Shown here in pieces: positions 1 through 8,590 of a stretch of DNA of 40,639 nt. The notes beneath the pieces are model-generated. The model was not told the origin of the DNA. It did no database searches and saw nothing but the letters and a program-made list of their open reading frames with translations. The stretch's first letter is position 1. Each line of letters starts with the position of its first letter. The stretch is from a virus: IMG/VR virus record IMGVR_UViG_3300045988_026640; one strand, 5' to 3'. Both the position numbers and the translations under genes were made by a program.

Positions 1-264
1 TATGGTGACGCAAGGGTCTATGGTGACGCAAGGGTCTCTGGTGACGCTGAGGTCTCAAAATTAAATGACTACATCGTTTTCAAAAACAACTGGTCTAGTG
101 GCCGGTACTTCACTTACACACGATCAAATAAGATGTGGAAAGTTGGCTGTTTCTATGGAACAGGCGAAGAACTTATCAAAAAAGCATATCAAGACAGCAA
201 AGATAGCGGCAAGCATTACGAAGCTTACGTAAATTTAGTTAAAACATTAGAACAAGAGGAGTAA
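1..264 (+). CDS. C-terminal part of the hexapeptide-repeat protein (continuation of the CDS starting at 40294)
   Basis: Frame 1 is open from nt 1 (YGDARVYGDARVSGDAEVSKLNDY...) to TAA at 262-264. It continues the repeat frame seen at the 3' end of the window. Confidence 0.75.
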   Translation, partial: YGDARVYGDARVSGDAEVSKLNDYIVFKNNWSSGRYFTYTRSNKMWKVGCFYGTGEELIKKAYQDSKDSGKHYEAYVNLVKTLEQEE

Positions 265-266
265 TC

Positions 267-587
267 ATGAAAGAAAATAACAAACAAGTCGTATTTTACA
301 GCGCTGAGAAAGATGGATTTCTTGAAAGTTACAAAGACAAAGGAAGTCTAGTATTTACAGCAACATTTACTGACCGTTTGAGAGATGCACTATACTTGCC
401 TCTCGAACCATACGAAAAACAAAAAAACGATCTTGACAAGCTTGCTGAAACGTTTGGCTGCGAAGTGCTTAATGTGGAAGTTGAATACAACGTAACTAAA
501 CTTGACGGTTCGGACTTCGAACGTACAGAGCGTGAAGAATCCATGAAAGATGGTATCAAAGCACTCCTAGAATTCTTGGCGAAGTAA
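267..587 (+). CDS. Hypothetical early protein (106 aa)
   Basis: ORF with SD-like AGAGGAG upstream of the ATG. Tightly packed after the preceding stop. No motif recognised. Confidence 0.6.
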   Translation: MKENNKQVVFYSAEKDGFLESYKDKGSLVFTATFTDRLRDALYLPLEPYEKQKNDLDKLAETFGCEVLNVEVEYNVTKLDGSDFERTEREESMKDGIKALLEFLAK

Positions 588-707
588 CATAACATGAAGT
601 GGTGGGAGGGTAGGTATTAAAAAAGCACCTCCGGAAACAATCCAAAAGGTGCAACGCTCATCAAAACAATTTACTTGATTATAACACAAAAAGAAAAGGA
701 GGAACAA

Positions 708-1511
708 GTGGCAAATAGAAGGATGTTCAGTAGAGATGTCGTAATGACTGATGATTTTCTTGACTTACCTCCTACAACAAAGGCTTTATACTTCTTCTTA
801 AACCTAGAGGCTGACGATGATGGTTTTGTCGGAAACCCTAAAACTATCATGCGATTGGTTGGCGCAACGAAAGAAGACATGAAACTTCTAATCGAGGGCA
901 ACTATGTACTGTTGTTTAACAGTGGAGTGGTAGTTATAACAGATTGGACAGAACACAATTCTATTAGGAAGGATAGAAAGAAACCCACTAGATTCACAGA
1001 GGAAATGCAACAAATAGCACTGGTAGAAGGCAATAAATATCAGTGGTTGTCAGATGTGCAACCAACTGACAACCAACTGACAACCAAATGTCAGACAAAT
1101 GGTTGCATAGGAGAGGATAGGATAGGAGAGGATAGGAGAGGAGAGGTAAGAGAAGAAAAACAACCTACCACTACTCCCCCTCTTAATCAAGACCTTGTAA
1201 ATCTTTATCAATCTTTCGAAGCTGAGATAGGCAGACCGCTATCACCACTCCAAACGCAAGACTTACAGTACATGCTAGAAGATTTTAACGCTGACGTTAT
1301 TCTTGAAGCACTAAAAGAAGCAGTAAGCCAAGGTAAGGCAAACTTTGCATATATTAAGGCTATCTTAAACCGATGGAAACAAGACAACTTAATGACGGGT
1401 GAACTTGTTAGGAATAGCAAAGCAAATCATAAGGGCAAGAAACAACAAAAGAAAGAGCCACAAACTTATGAAGAATGGGTAGCTACTCGAACGGATGAAA
1501 ACCCATTTTAG
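708..1511 (+). CDS. Phage replisome organizer / DnaD-like replication initiation protein
   Basis: GTG at 708 follows AAAGGAGG; the ORF track starts at TTG 675. The N-terminus (ANRRMFSRDVV...DFLDLP...ALYFFL) fits a replisome-organizer N domain. The C-terminus (FAYIKAILNRWKQDNL) fits a DnaD/DnaB_2-type domain. A DnaC-like loader gene follows. Confidence 0.8.
   Translation: MANRRMFSRDVVMTDDFLDLPPTTKALYFFLNLEADDDGFVGNPKTIMRLVGATKEDMKLLIEGNYVLLFNSGVVVITDWTEHNSIRKDRKKPTRFTEEMQQIALVEGNKYQWLSDVQPTDNQLTTKCQTNGCIGEDRIGEDRRGEVREEKQPTTTPPLNQDLVNLYQSFEAEIGRPLSPLQTQDLQYMLEDFNADVILEALKEAVSQGKANFAYIKAILNRWKQDNLMTGELVRNSKANHKGKKQQKKEPQTYEEWVATRTDENPF
1041..1150. repeat. Putative origin of replication: iteron cluster inside the replisome-organizer gene
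   Basis: CAACCAACTGA occurs at 1059-1069 and 1070-1080, with a degenerate third copy at 1081-1091. An inverted GGTTGTCAG lies at 1045-1053. ATAGGAGAGGATAG occurs at 1107-1120 and 1122-1135, with a third overlapping copy at 1132-1145. Confidence 0.5.
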
Positions 1512-1528
1512 GAAGGGGTGATATCTAT

Positions 1529-2374
1529 ATGCTATCGCAAGCTGAAATTATAGCAAACACAAAAAGGCTAGGGGACGTTTGTCCTATTCATGGGGTACCG
1601 ATGTTACAGCTTAATATCCCCGTTAAAATTGCGGGTGAAGAACAACCACGCAAACCCTCTCCAGTTTGTCCAAAGTGTGCCAAAGAGCAAAGAGACAAAA
1701 AGGAAGAAGAGATGGCAAAAGAGAGCATGAAGAGAAACCTCTATCTGAGAACGTATGACGTGCTTATGAGAGATAGCACTATTCCCGAAGAGCTAAAGTC
1801 AGCATCTTTTGATAACTTCATCGCTAGAACGCAAGAGGAAAAGAATCTGCTAGATTTCGTGAAGAGACAAACGCAGAAATATCTTGATGGCGTAGGCGGG
1901 AACACCTTGCTAACGGGAACTACTGGAATCGGTAAAACTCACTTGACTATTGCAATGGCTAAAACGCTGAATGAGACTTTCAAGGAAAGAGGAACACCAA
2001 AGAGTGTGCTATTCGTGAATTTGACCGAAATATTACGGAAAGTCCGAGAGAGCTTTAAGTTTGAGAGCAAAGAGGGTTACTATTCAAGACTGTTGATGGA
2101 GGTTGATTATCTCATCCTGGACGATCTAGGCGTTAAACAAAGTGATTCAGGGCGCTCTAAGTCAGCGTGGGAAGAAGAATTTATCTTTGACGTGCTCAGT
2201 CATCGCAAGAATACGATTATCTCAACCAACTTAAGCAATGATGAAATTGCAAACCTTTACAGCGAACGTGTCGCAAGCCGCATTCGGACAGGACTGGAAG
2301 GGAATGTATTTAAAGCACTCAACATCAAAGATAAGCGCTATACACTCAATCAGCTAAAACAGCTAGAAGGATGA
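1529..2374 (+). CDS. DnaC/IstB-like AAA+ helicase loader with N-terminal Cys-rich (zinc-ribbon-like) segment
   Basis: Walker A is GTTGIGKTH and Walker B is YLILDDLG. The N-terminus carries CPIHG...CPKC. The gene lies directly downstream of the replisome organizer. Confidence 0.8.
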   Translation: MLSQAEIIANTKRLGDVCPIHGVPMLQLNIPVKIAGEEQPRKPSPVCPKCAKEQRDKKEEEMAKESMKRNLYLRTYDVLMRDSTIPEELKSASFDNFIARTQEEKNLLDFVKRQTQKYLDGVGGNTLLTGTTGIGKTHLTIAMAKTLNETFKERGTPKSVLFVNLTEILRKVRESFKFESKEGYYSRLLMEVDYLILDDLGVKQSDSGRSKSAWEEEFIFDVLSHRKNTIISTNLSNDEIANLYSERVASRIRTGLEGNVFKALNIKDKRYTLNQLKQLEG

Positions 2375-2378
2375 TGCT

Positions 2379-2561
2379 TTGACAGAAACGGAAGTAAAAC
2401 TAAAACTCTTTGAAGACTACGAGCGTATTCATGGACTTGTATTCTCACAAGAGCACAAACAGAAAATGATGGACGAGCTAGATTTATACTCGTTTATCAG
2501 CAAAATCAACGAATATATGTATTTCGCTAAGAAATCAACACAGGTTTTTAGCGCACACTAG
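2379..2561 (+). CDS. Hypothetical protein (60 aa, TTG start)
   Basis: ORF packed 4 nt after the previous stop, with GAAGGA upstream. No motif recognised. Confidence 0.45.
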   Translation: MTETEVKLKLFEDYERIHGLVFSQEHKQKMMDELDLYSFISKINEYMYFAKKSTQVFSAH

Positions 2562-2695
2562 GAAACCCCTCTAAAATCGATTTTAAGACGTGTGTTTTGT
2601 TTGGTGGTATAAATAGACTAGAGCACCGTTAAAATTGCACTACACCCCCTTAAAATGCGAAATAAGGGTATTTAAATCAAAAAGGAAGACAGAAC

Positions 2696-3451
2696 ATGAC
2701 AAATCAACTACAAACACAAAACAAAAGGGATATTTCAACAGATACAAGTGCATGGACATTTCAAGATATCAAACGGTACTACGACCCGCAAGATTTGTTA
2801 ACAGAAAAACAAGTTGGGCAAGCTTTGTCGTTGATTAAAGGACGAAATCTCAACCCATTGCTAAACGAGGTCTATATCGTAGCTTACAAAAAGAAAAATG
2901 GTGGGGCTGAATTTAGCTTAATCGTCTCAAAAGAAGCATTTTTGAAGCGTGCAGCACAAAACCCAAACTATGAAGGTTTTGAAGCTGGAGTGGTAGTTGT
3001 TGACGATTCTGGTGATATGGTAGAGCGAAAAGGGGCACTGTTACTACCTAACGACACGCTCGTTGGTGGTTGGGCAAGAGTTTACCGCAAGAATTTCAAG
3101 GTTCCTGTAGAGGTTTTTGTTAGTCGTGAAGAATACGACAAAAAGCAAAGCACTTGGAACGCCATGCCAGCTACCATGATTAGAAAAACCGCTCTTGTCA
3201 ATGCCTTACGTGAAGCTTTCCCAGAGGATTTAGGAAATATGTACACTGAGGATGACGGCGGTGAAACATTCGACAGAATCAAGGATGTAACGCCACAAGA
3301 GACACAAGAGGATGTTAGAGCTCGTAAGCTGGCGCAAATCGAACAAATGAAGCAAGAACAAACGCATTTCCAACAAACAAGTGAAAGCAATTCTCAACCG
3401 GTTGCCAACTCACAAAACGAGCCAGTTCAAGGCGAACTTCTCGACTATTAA
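2696..3451 (+). CDS. recT: RecT-family single-strand annealing recombinase
   Basis: RecT-like segments: NPLLNEVYIVAYK, GGWARVYRK and MIRKTALVNALREAFPEDLG. SD AAAGGAAG lies upstream of the ATG. Confidence 0.8.
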   Translation: MTNQLQTQNKRDISTDTSAWTFQDIKRYYDPQDLLTEKQVGQALSLIKGRNLNPLLNEVYIVAYKKKNGGAEFSLIVSKEAFLKRAAQNPNYEGFEAGVVVVDDSGDMVERKGALLLPNDTLVGGWARVYRKNFKVPVEVFVSREEYDKKQSTWNAMPATMIRKTALVNALREAFPEDLGNMYTEDDGGETFDRIKDVTPQETQEDVRARKLAQIEQMKQEQTHFQQTSESNSQPVANSQNEPVQGELLDY

Positions 3452-3464
3452 CGAGGTGCGAACA

Positions 3465-4448
3465 ATGCAAGAATTACAAGTTAATATTGAACAAGCCAAA
3501 GTTGAGATTGTAGGGCAAGAGGTTTTTGAAAAAGGCATTGCTGATGTAGTTGCTAAGTATCAAAATTACACAGTCACCGCTGGCACTATCAAAGACGACA
3601 AGAAAGTCTTGGCTGAATTACGAAAATTAACCAAGCAAATTTCAGACGAACGTATCAAAATCAAGAATGAGTTATCAAAACCAGCGACGGATTTTGAAAA
3701 ATATATCAAGGAAACAGAGAAACCTCTTAAAAACATTATCAACCAAATCGCAAATGATGTGAAAGAGTTTGAAAATCATCAAAAAGCACTGAGATTGGAC
3801 ACGGTTAAAAGTTATTTAGCTAACAAAGCCAGTGAATATATGATTGACCCTCGCATTTTTGATGGAAAAGCAACGGAATACATCAAAAATGGCGATTTTA
3901 TGGCGGACGGTGTAACTCTTAAAAAAGCGACTATGAAGGCATTAGACGACATGGTTACTTTTGAATATCAAAAACAAGAGGAATTTAAAAAAGCCACTCA
4001 ATCCATATCCGGACTTTGTTCAGAGTACGGAATGACCGACCAACCGTATATCCGCATGCTTCAAAATCTGACATTGGCAGAGGTGTTAGATCAGATTCGT
4101 TCAGACCATGCTTTTGAATTGCAAAAACAAGAAGCATTGCGACAAGCTGAGTTGCAAAATCAAAAAGAAAAGATTGCAGAAACGAAACCAACGGCATTAG
4201 TTGTCGATTCAGAAACAGGCGAAATTATCGAAAACACGCCAATAGCCGAGGAAGCCAACACCCCAGAGTCAAAACGTTATCGCCAAAAAATGACACTTGA
4301 AGTCTACTTTGAAGATTCAGACGACAAAGACAGATTCAAGCGCCTGCTTAGCGAAAACGGATGGGAATACAAACAAAACTACACCGTCAGCGGCTATCAA
4401 AACATAGCTAGTGTGAGTGAAGAAGAACTGAAAACACATTTAAGTTAA
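3465..4448 (+). CDS. Coiled-coil protein of the type found next to phage RecT (DUF1351-like)
   Basis: ATG 3465 follows GAGGTG. The 3381 start in the ORF track would overlap recT by 70 nt. The protein is lysine/glutamate-rich and helical and sits between RecT and SSB. The family name comes from memory of synteny, not from a search. Confidence 0.55.
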   Translation: MQELQVNIEQAKVEIVGQEVFEKGIADVVAKYQNYTVTAGTIKDDKKVLAELRKLTKQISDERIKIKNELSKPATDFEKYIKETEKPLKNIINQIANDVKEFENHQKALRLDTVKSYLANKASEYMIDPRIFDGKATEYIKNGDFMADGVTLKKATMKALDDMVTFEYQKQEEFKKATQSISGLCSEYGMTDQPYIRMLQNLTLAEVLDQIRSDHAFELQKQEALRQAELQNQKEKIAETKPTALVVDSETGEIIENTPIAEEANTPESKRYRQKMTLEVYFEDSDDKDRFKRLLSENGWEYKQNYTVSGYQNIASVSEEELKTHLS

Positions 4449-4516
4449 TGTCAATACTGAAATCTAAACCCATGCTGGACGATTTCTTAAATCGTGAATA
4501 GAAAAGGAAAATAAAC

Positions 4517-5020
4517 ATGATCAATAACGTTGTATTAGTTGGTCGCCTAACCCGTGACCCAGAACTAAAATACACCGGCAACAATATCGCAGTAGCATCT
4601 TTCAGCCTTGCGGTTAACCGTAACTTCAAAGACGCTAACGGCGAACGTGAAACAGACTTCATCAACTGTGTTATCTGGCGCCAGCAAGCTGAAAATTTGG
4701 CTAACTGGGCTAAAAAAGGCGCTTTGATTGGAATTACTGGACGCATTCAAACCCGTAGCTATGAGAATCAGCAAGGTCAAAGAGTGTATGTGACTGAGGT
4801 AGTCGCTGAAAACTTCCAAATGTTGGAAAGCCGTGCGGCGCGTGAAGGTAGTAACGCAAATCAAGGCAACACGTCTGGAGCGTTTAGCAATGACAACGGC
4901 TATGCAGGGCCTTATGGACAACAAGCACCGCAACAGCAAGGGCCAAACTTTGCAAGAGAAAGCGGACCTTACGGGAACGCAAACCCAATGGATATCAGCA
5001 GTGACGATTTGCCGTTCTGA
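4517..5020 (+). CDS. ssb: Single-stranded DNA-binding protein
   Basis: The N-terminal OB-fold signature is [20 protein letters not shown]. The tail is Gly/Gln/Pro-rich and the acidic C-terminal tip is DDLPF. Confidence 0.92.
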   Translation: MINNVVLVGRLTRDPELKYTGNNIAVASFSLAVNRNFKDANGERETDFINCVIWRQQAENLANWAKKGALIGITGRIQTRSYENQQGQRVYVTEVVAENFQMLESRAAREGSNANQGNTSGAFSNDNGYAGPYGQQAPQQQGPNFARESGPYGNANPMDISSDDLPF

Positions 5021-5029
5021 GGTTGAAGC

Positions 5030-5491
5030 ATGAAAATGACTTTAAATATCGAACCAAAATCTCAAACAAGGCCACGATTTAGCAAGTTTGGAACTTACGA
5101 AGACCCTAAAATGAAGGCATGGCGTAGACAGTGCTCACAACTTATCGAACAAGAATATGACGGACAATTCTATGACGGACCGATTTCAGTAGATGTCACG
5201 TTTTACATGAAGGCTCCTTTGAACGTATCGAAAAAGCCCACGCCTAAAGCTAGAGCTAAAACGTGGGATATATTTCACCGATTTATGGATGAAAAACTTT
5301 GGCATGCTATGCGTCCAGATATTGACAATCTAGTCAAAGCGCTATTTGATAGCATCTCAAACGCTGGATACAACAAGGTGGATAAGAAGGGTATCGTGTG
5401 GACTGATGACAGTATTGTATGCGAGCTAAAAGCTCAGAAACGATACAGCAGCAATCCACGCATTGAGTTTGAGATTAAGGAGCTGGAATGA
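5030..5491 (+). CDS. rusA: RusA-family Holliday junction resolvase
   Basis: Size of about 150 aa, a conserved RPDIDNLVKALFDSI-type acidic motif, and a position after the SSB/recombination genes. Confidence 0.72.
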   Translation: MKMTLNIEPKSQTRPRFSKFGTYEDPKMKAWRRQCSQLIEQEYDGQFYDGPISVDVTFYMKAPLNVSKKPTPKARAKTWDIFHRFMDEKLWHAMRPDIDNLVKALFDSISNAGYNKVDKKGIVWTDDSIVCELKAQKRYSSNPRIEFEIKELE

Positions 5492-5727
5492 AAAGCAAAG
5501 TTAAAGACAAGTTAGTCGGTATCTACGCTCCAGGCAATTATGACCACACTAGCGTACTAGGTCAGACGCAAGAGTTTTCGAGATGGTTCTGGGCTAATCA
5601 CGAAGATATGGAGTTTATCAGCGCCAAGCTAGGTATCGACGTTAAAAAGCTCAATCGCATTCTGACACTGGAGCAGCTGCCGGATGAAGAATTGTTAAGA
5701 AAGATGGTTGAGCTATGCAATGGTTAA
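5488..5727 (+). CDS. Hypothetical protein (79 aa)
   Basis: The ATG overlaps the previous stop (ATGA coupling). No motif recognised. Confidence 0.5.
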   Translation: MKSKVKDKLVGIYAPGNYDHTSVLGQTQEFSRWFWANHEDMEFISAKLGIDVKKLNRILTLEQLPDEELLRKMVELCNG

Positions 5728-5990
5728 GGCAATTTATAGCGAAGAATCCGGCAAAGGTTTTCAGAGAAGGACCGGAACCGATAACTATGGGAATTAGAAA
5801 TATGAAACGCAAAGTGAAATTTTTTGACAAACTATATGACACTGACACGCTTGACGAAGAAATTAACGCCTGGGTAGAAGGCTACAACAAGGAACTGATA
5901 GATGTAAGACTAACCGTAGACTGGGAAGATGGCAACGACTACGTTAAATATACTGCCACAGTAATCTATAGGGACAGAACCGAGGGATGA
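5715..5990 (+). CDS. Hypothetical small protein (start uncertain; ATG 5802 is an alternative)
   Basis: ORF in the packed early operon. The segment from MKRKVKFFDKLYDTDTLDEEINAW resembles small Cse60-like phage proteins (weak recollection). Confidence 0.45.
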   Translation: MQWLRQFIAKNPAKVFREGPEPITMGIRNMKRKVKFFDKLYDTDTLDEEINAWVEGYNKELIDVRLTVDWEDGNDYVKYTATVIYRDRTEG

Positions 5991-5991
5991 T

Positions 5992-6150
5992 ATGAAATAC
6001 AAAGTTATAGTTTACTACGACAACATGGAAGACAGTGAGCATGTCTTCAGTAATAAAAACGATGCGATTAATGAATTACACCGCTTACGTGGTGTTAAAT
6101 ATCGCAATGCACGAAAATATAAGTTTGAAATGGTGGAAGTAGATGGATAG
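5992..6150 (+). CDS. Hypothetical small protein (52 aa, below the ORF-track cut-off)
   Basis: Read manually as MKYKVIVYYDNMEDSEHVFSNKNDAINELHRLRGVKYRNARKYKFEMVEVDG. It begins 2 nt after the previous stop, with GAGGGA upstream. Its stop overlaps the next ATG at 6143. Confidence 0.4.
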   Translation: MKYKVIVYYDNMEDSEHVFSNKNDAINELHRLRGVKYRNARKYKFEMVEVDG

Positions 6151-6640
6151 ACAAGAAGCAATCGAAAAATTATCGACAATCGGGCATATCTCTGTATCAT
6201 ACGCAGAAGACCTATACGATTCTTTCTTCCCTAAACCAGCCATCCCGCAGTTTGTGGCAGATTGGATTAAGTATTGTAAATTTACTAACGTTAATCTGGG
6301 GCGGGCTTTATTTATTAGTGATATAGATTTTTACAATTATGAAAGTCAAGAAGATTGTTCAAAACTAAAAGAATTTCTAGGAACAGAGACAAACCAAGAA
6401 ACTTTCGCCCTCGCTTGGACTTTAGGCTACGAGGTCGAGAAAGAACCTAAATACGAGGTTAGAATCAAGGGGATTGACTATAAATATTGTGTATTAAAAA
6501 ATGGCGATTATTGGTATTTTGGTGAAGATTGGGTGGATAAGAAGATTAAAACGCAATCGTTTACACGCAAAGAGCTAGAAGCTAACGGTTTCGGATGGGT
6601 CTTCAACTGCGAGGGGATTGAAATCAAGGAGGTGGAATAA
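6143..6640 (+). CDS. Hypothetical early protein (165 aa; resembles DUF1642-type streptococcal phage proteins)
   Basis: ORF coupled to both neighbours. The IPQFVADWIKY segment recalls DUF1642. Unverified. Confidence 0.5.
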   Translation: MDRQEAIEKLSTIGHISVSYAEDLYDSFFPKPAIPQFVADWIKYCKFTNVNLGRALFISDIDFYNYESQEDCSKLKEFLGTETNQETFALAWTLGYEVEKEPKYEVRIKGIDYKYCVLKNGDYWYFGEDWVDKKIKTQSFTRKELEANGFGWVFNCEGIEIKEVE

Positions 6641-7152
6641 TGAACAGACTTAAACAGTTAAGAAAATCAAGGAAAATGAAGCAAACGGAATTAGCTGACT
6701 TAGTTGGTGTCACAAAGAGAACTTATATCTATTGGGAACAAGGAGAACGCCAAATTAAACCAGATAAACTCGGACAGTTAGCTGACCATTTCAATGTATC
6801 CATCCCTTACTTGCTAGGGTACGATAGCGATAACACATTCTCAGATTTAATTACCTGTATCAATGTTTGGGCTGATGAGCGCAATCTTAAGCAAGCAGAC
6901 CCTAAGATTCAGTGGATGCGCATTACTGAGGAAGTCGGAGAGATTCGAGATGTGCTCTTAAAACCAACCAAGTTTACGCAACCGCAAGCAGCGCTTAAGG
7001 ACGCTATCGGTGACACGCTAGTAACAATCATCGTACTAGCGCACCAGTTAGACCTGGATGTAACTGAGTGCCTAAGCATTGCTTACGAGGAAATTAAAAA
7101 CAGGCAAGGTAAGATGATAAATGGAACGTTTGTCAAGGAGGAAAATCTTTGA
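6640..7152 (+). CDS. Fusion protein: N-terminal XRE-type HTH plus C-terminal MazG-like nucleotide pyrophosphohydrolase
   Basis: Residues 1-60 (LKQLRKSRKMKQTELADLVGVTKRTYIYWEQGERQIKPDKLGQLADHFNVSIPYLLG) form a Cro/C1-type HTH. Residues 75-165 (EEVGEIRD...DAIGDTLVTIIVLA...AYEEIKNRQGK) fit the all-alpha MazG-like fold. Confidence 0.7.
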   Translation: MNRLKQLRKSRKMKQTELADLVGVTKRTYIYWEQGERQIKPDKLGQLADHFNVSIPYLLGYDSDNTFSDLITCINVWADERNLKQADPKIQWMRITEEVGEIRDVLLKPTKFTQPQAALKDAIGDTLVTIIVLAHQLDLDVTECLSIAYEEIKNRQGKMINGTFVKEENL

Positions 7153-8303
7153 AATTTATTGATCTATTCGCTGGTATCGGTGGTTTCCGTTTCGGAATGG
7201 AGAGTGCCGGACATGAATGCGTGGCATTTTGTGAAATTGAAAAATTCGCTAGAGCAAGTTACAAAGCAATCCATAACACTGAAGGAGAAATAGAATTACA
7301 TGACATCACACAAGTCACCGACGACGAAATTAGAAGCATCGGACACGTTGACGCAATCTGCGGAGGATTTCCGTGCCAAGCTTTCAGCATTGCTGGAAAT
7401 CGAAGAGGATTCGAAGATACTCGAGGAACTCTCTTCTTTGAAATCGCAAGGTTCGCCTCTATACTCAAACCTAAGTATCTATTCCTTGAAAATGTCAAAG
7501 GACTCCTTAATCATGACAAAGGAGATACCTTTGAGGTCATCCTCTCAGCGTTGGATGAACTCGGGTATGATGTGGAGTGGCAAGTGCTTAACAGCAAAGA
7601 TTTCGGAGTGCCACAAAATCGGGAACGTGTGTTCATTATCGGACATCTTAGAGGAGAACGTGGACGAAAAATTTTTCCTATCGGAGGAGAAAACGAAAAA
7701 TCTAGTGCTGAACGGTTAGGAATTAATATTTTAGGAAACGCCAAAAACCCTAATGGGACGGCGAAAGGGACTAGAGATATAGTGCATGACCTTGAAGGGA
7801 TTGAGGGAGCGTTGACAGCAACCGACTACAAAGGACCAAAACAAGTTGCTATCCCAAACGAAATTAAAAAATACGGAGTGTTACAACCCAACTTCAATCA
7901 AAGCGGAGTGGTTTACAAAACGGATGGAATCTCACCAACAATAAGAACAATGCAAGGTGGTGGCCTTGAACCCAAAATCCGTGTCCGTGAAGCAACCAAG
8001 CAAGGATATGCTGAAGCAAGCGTGGGAGATAGTGTTAATTTAGCACATCCGAACTCTAAAACACGTAGAGGGAGAGTTGGAAAACAGATTGCCAACACTC
8101 TATTGACCGGCGAGAGCCAAGGCGTGGTAGAGCCTAGTTTTCGTATTCGCAAACTAACACCTCGAGAGTGTTGGAGATTGCAAGGTTTCCCAGATTGGGC
8201 GTTTGATAAAGCGCAAGAGGTCAATAGCAACAGTCAGCTATACAAACAAGCCGGAAACAGCGTTACTGTGAATGTTATTAAAGAAATAGCGAGGTATCTA
8301 TGA
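7149..8303 (+). CDS. DNA (cytosine-5) methyltransferase, orphan
   Basis: Motif I FAGIGGF, IV GFPCQAFS, VI ENVKGL, VIII QNRERVF, IX TPRECWRLQGFPD and X GNSV are all present and in the canonical order. The TTG start overlaps the previous stop. No restriction endonuclease candidate lies nearby. Confidence 0.92.
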   Translation: MKFIDLFAGIGGFRFGMESAGHECVAFCEIEKFARASYKAIHNTEGEIELHDITQVTDDEIRSIGHVDAICGGFPCQAFSIAGNRRGFEDTRGTLFFEIARFASILKPKYLFLENVKGLLNHDKGDTFEVILSALDELGYDVEWQVLNSKDFGVPQNRERVFIIGHLRGERGRKIFPIGGENEKSSAERLGINILGNAKNPNGTAKGTRDIVHDLEGIEGALTATDYKGPKQVAIPNEIKKYGVLQPNFNQSGVVYKTDGISPTIRTMQGGGLEPKIRVREATKQGYAEASVGDSVNLAHPNSKTRRGRVGKQIANTLLTGESQGVVEPSFRIRKLTPRECWRLQGFPDWAFDKAQEVNSNSQLYKQAGNSVTVNVIKEIARYL

Positions 8304-8590
8304 AGAAACATAAAGATCTAACCATTGCCACAATTCTACTACTAGTCTCACTAGCGATTAACGTGACTACTGTTCTACGAGTGGTCAATAGACCAGTAGA
8401 AGCTATCGTGGTGCGCAAGGCTGATAACGCCACTGTATTGCATGGAAAGATTACCGGCAAGGAAATGGTCGGGAAACTCTATACGCTCGATTGTGGGGCG
8501 TATGGTAAATTCCTTGTCAGCAAGGAACAGTACGACAGCGTGCAAGTTGGGGACGATATTCCCAGCTATTTGAAAGGGAGAGGCTCATGA
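8300..8590 (+). CDS. Small membrane-anchored protein (96 aa)
   Basis: N-terminal TM helix is LTIATILLLVSLAINVTTVL. ATGA coupling to the methyltransferase gene. Confidence 0.55.
   Translation: MKKHKDLTIATILLLVSLAINVTTVLRVVNRPVEAIVVRKADNATVLHGKITGKEMVGKLYTLDCGAYGKFLVSKEQYDSVQVGDDIPSYLKGRGS

Noticed and set aside
2635-2838. 67-aa ORF overlapping the recT start
   Set aside because: It lies in a different frame from recT, has no SD, and begins in the intergenic promoter-like region.
3381-3464. Upstream extension of the DUF1351-like ORF overlapping recT by 70 nt
   Set aside because: ATG 3465 has a proper SD (GAGGTG) and lies just after the recT stop. The extension has no SD.
7300-7719. 139-aa alternative-frame ORF and minus-strand ORFs inside the methyltransferase gene
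   Set aside because: The main frame carries all six C5-MTase motifs. The overlapping frames have no motifs and no SD.
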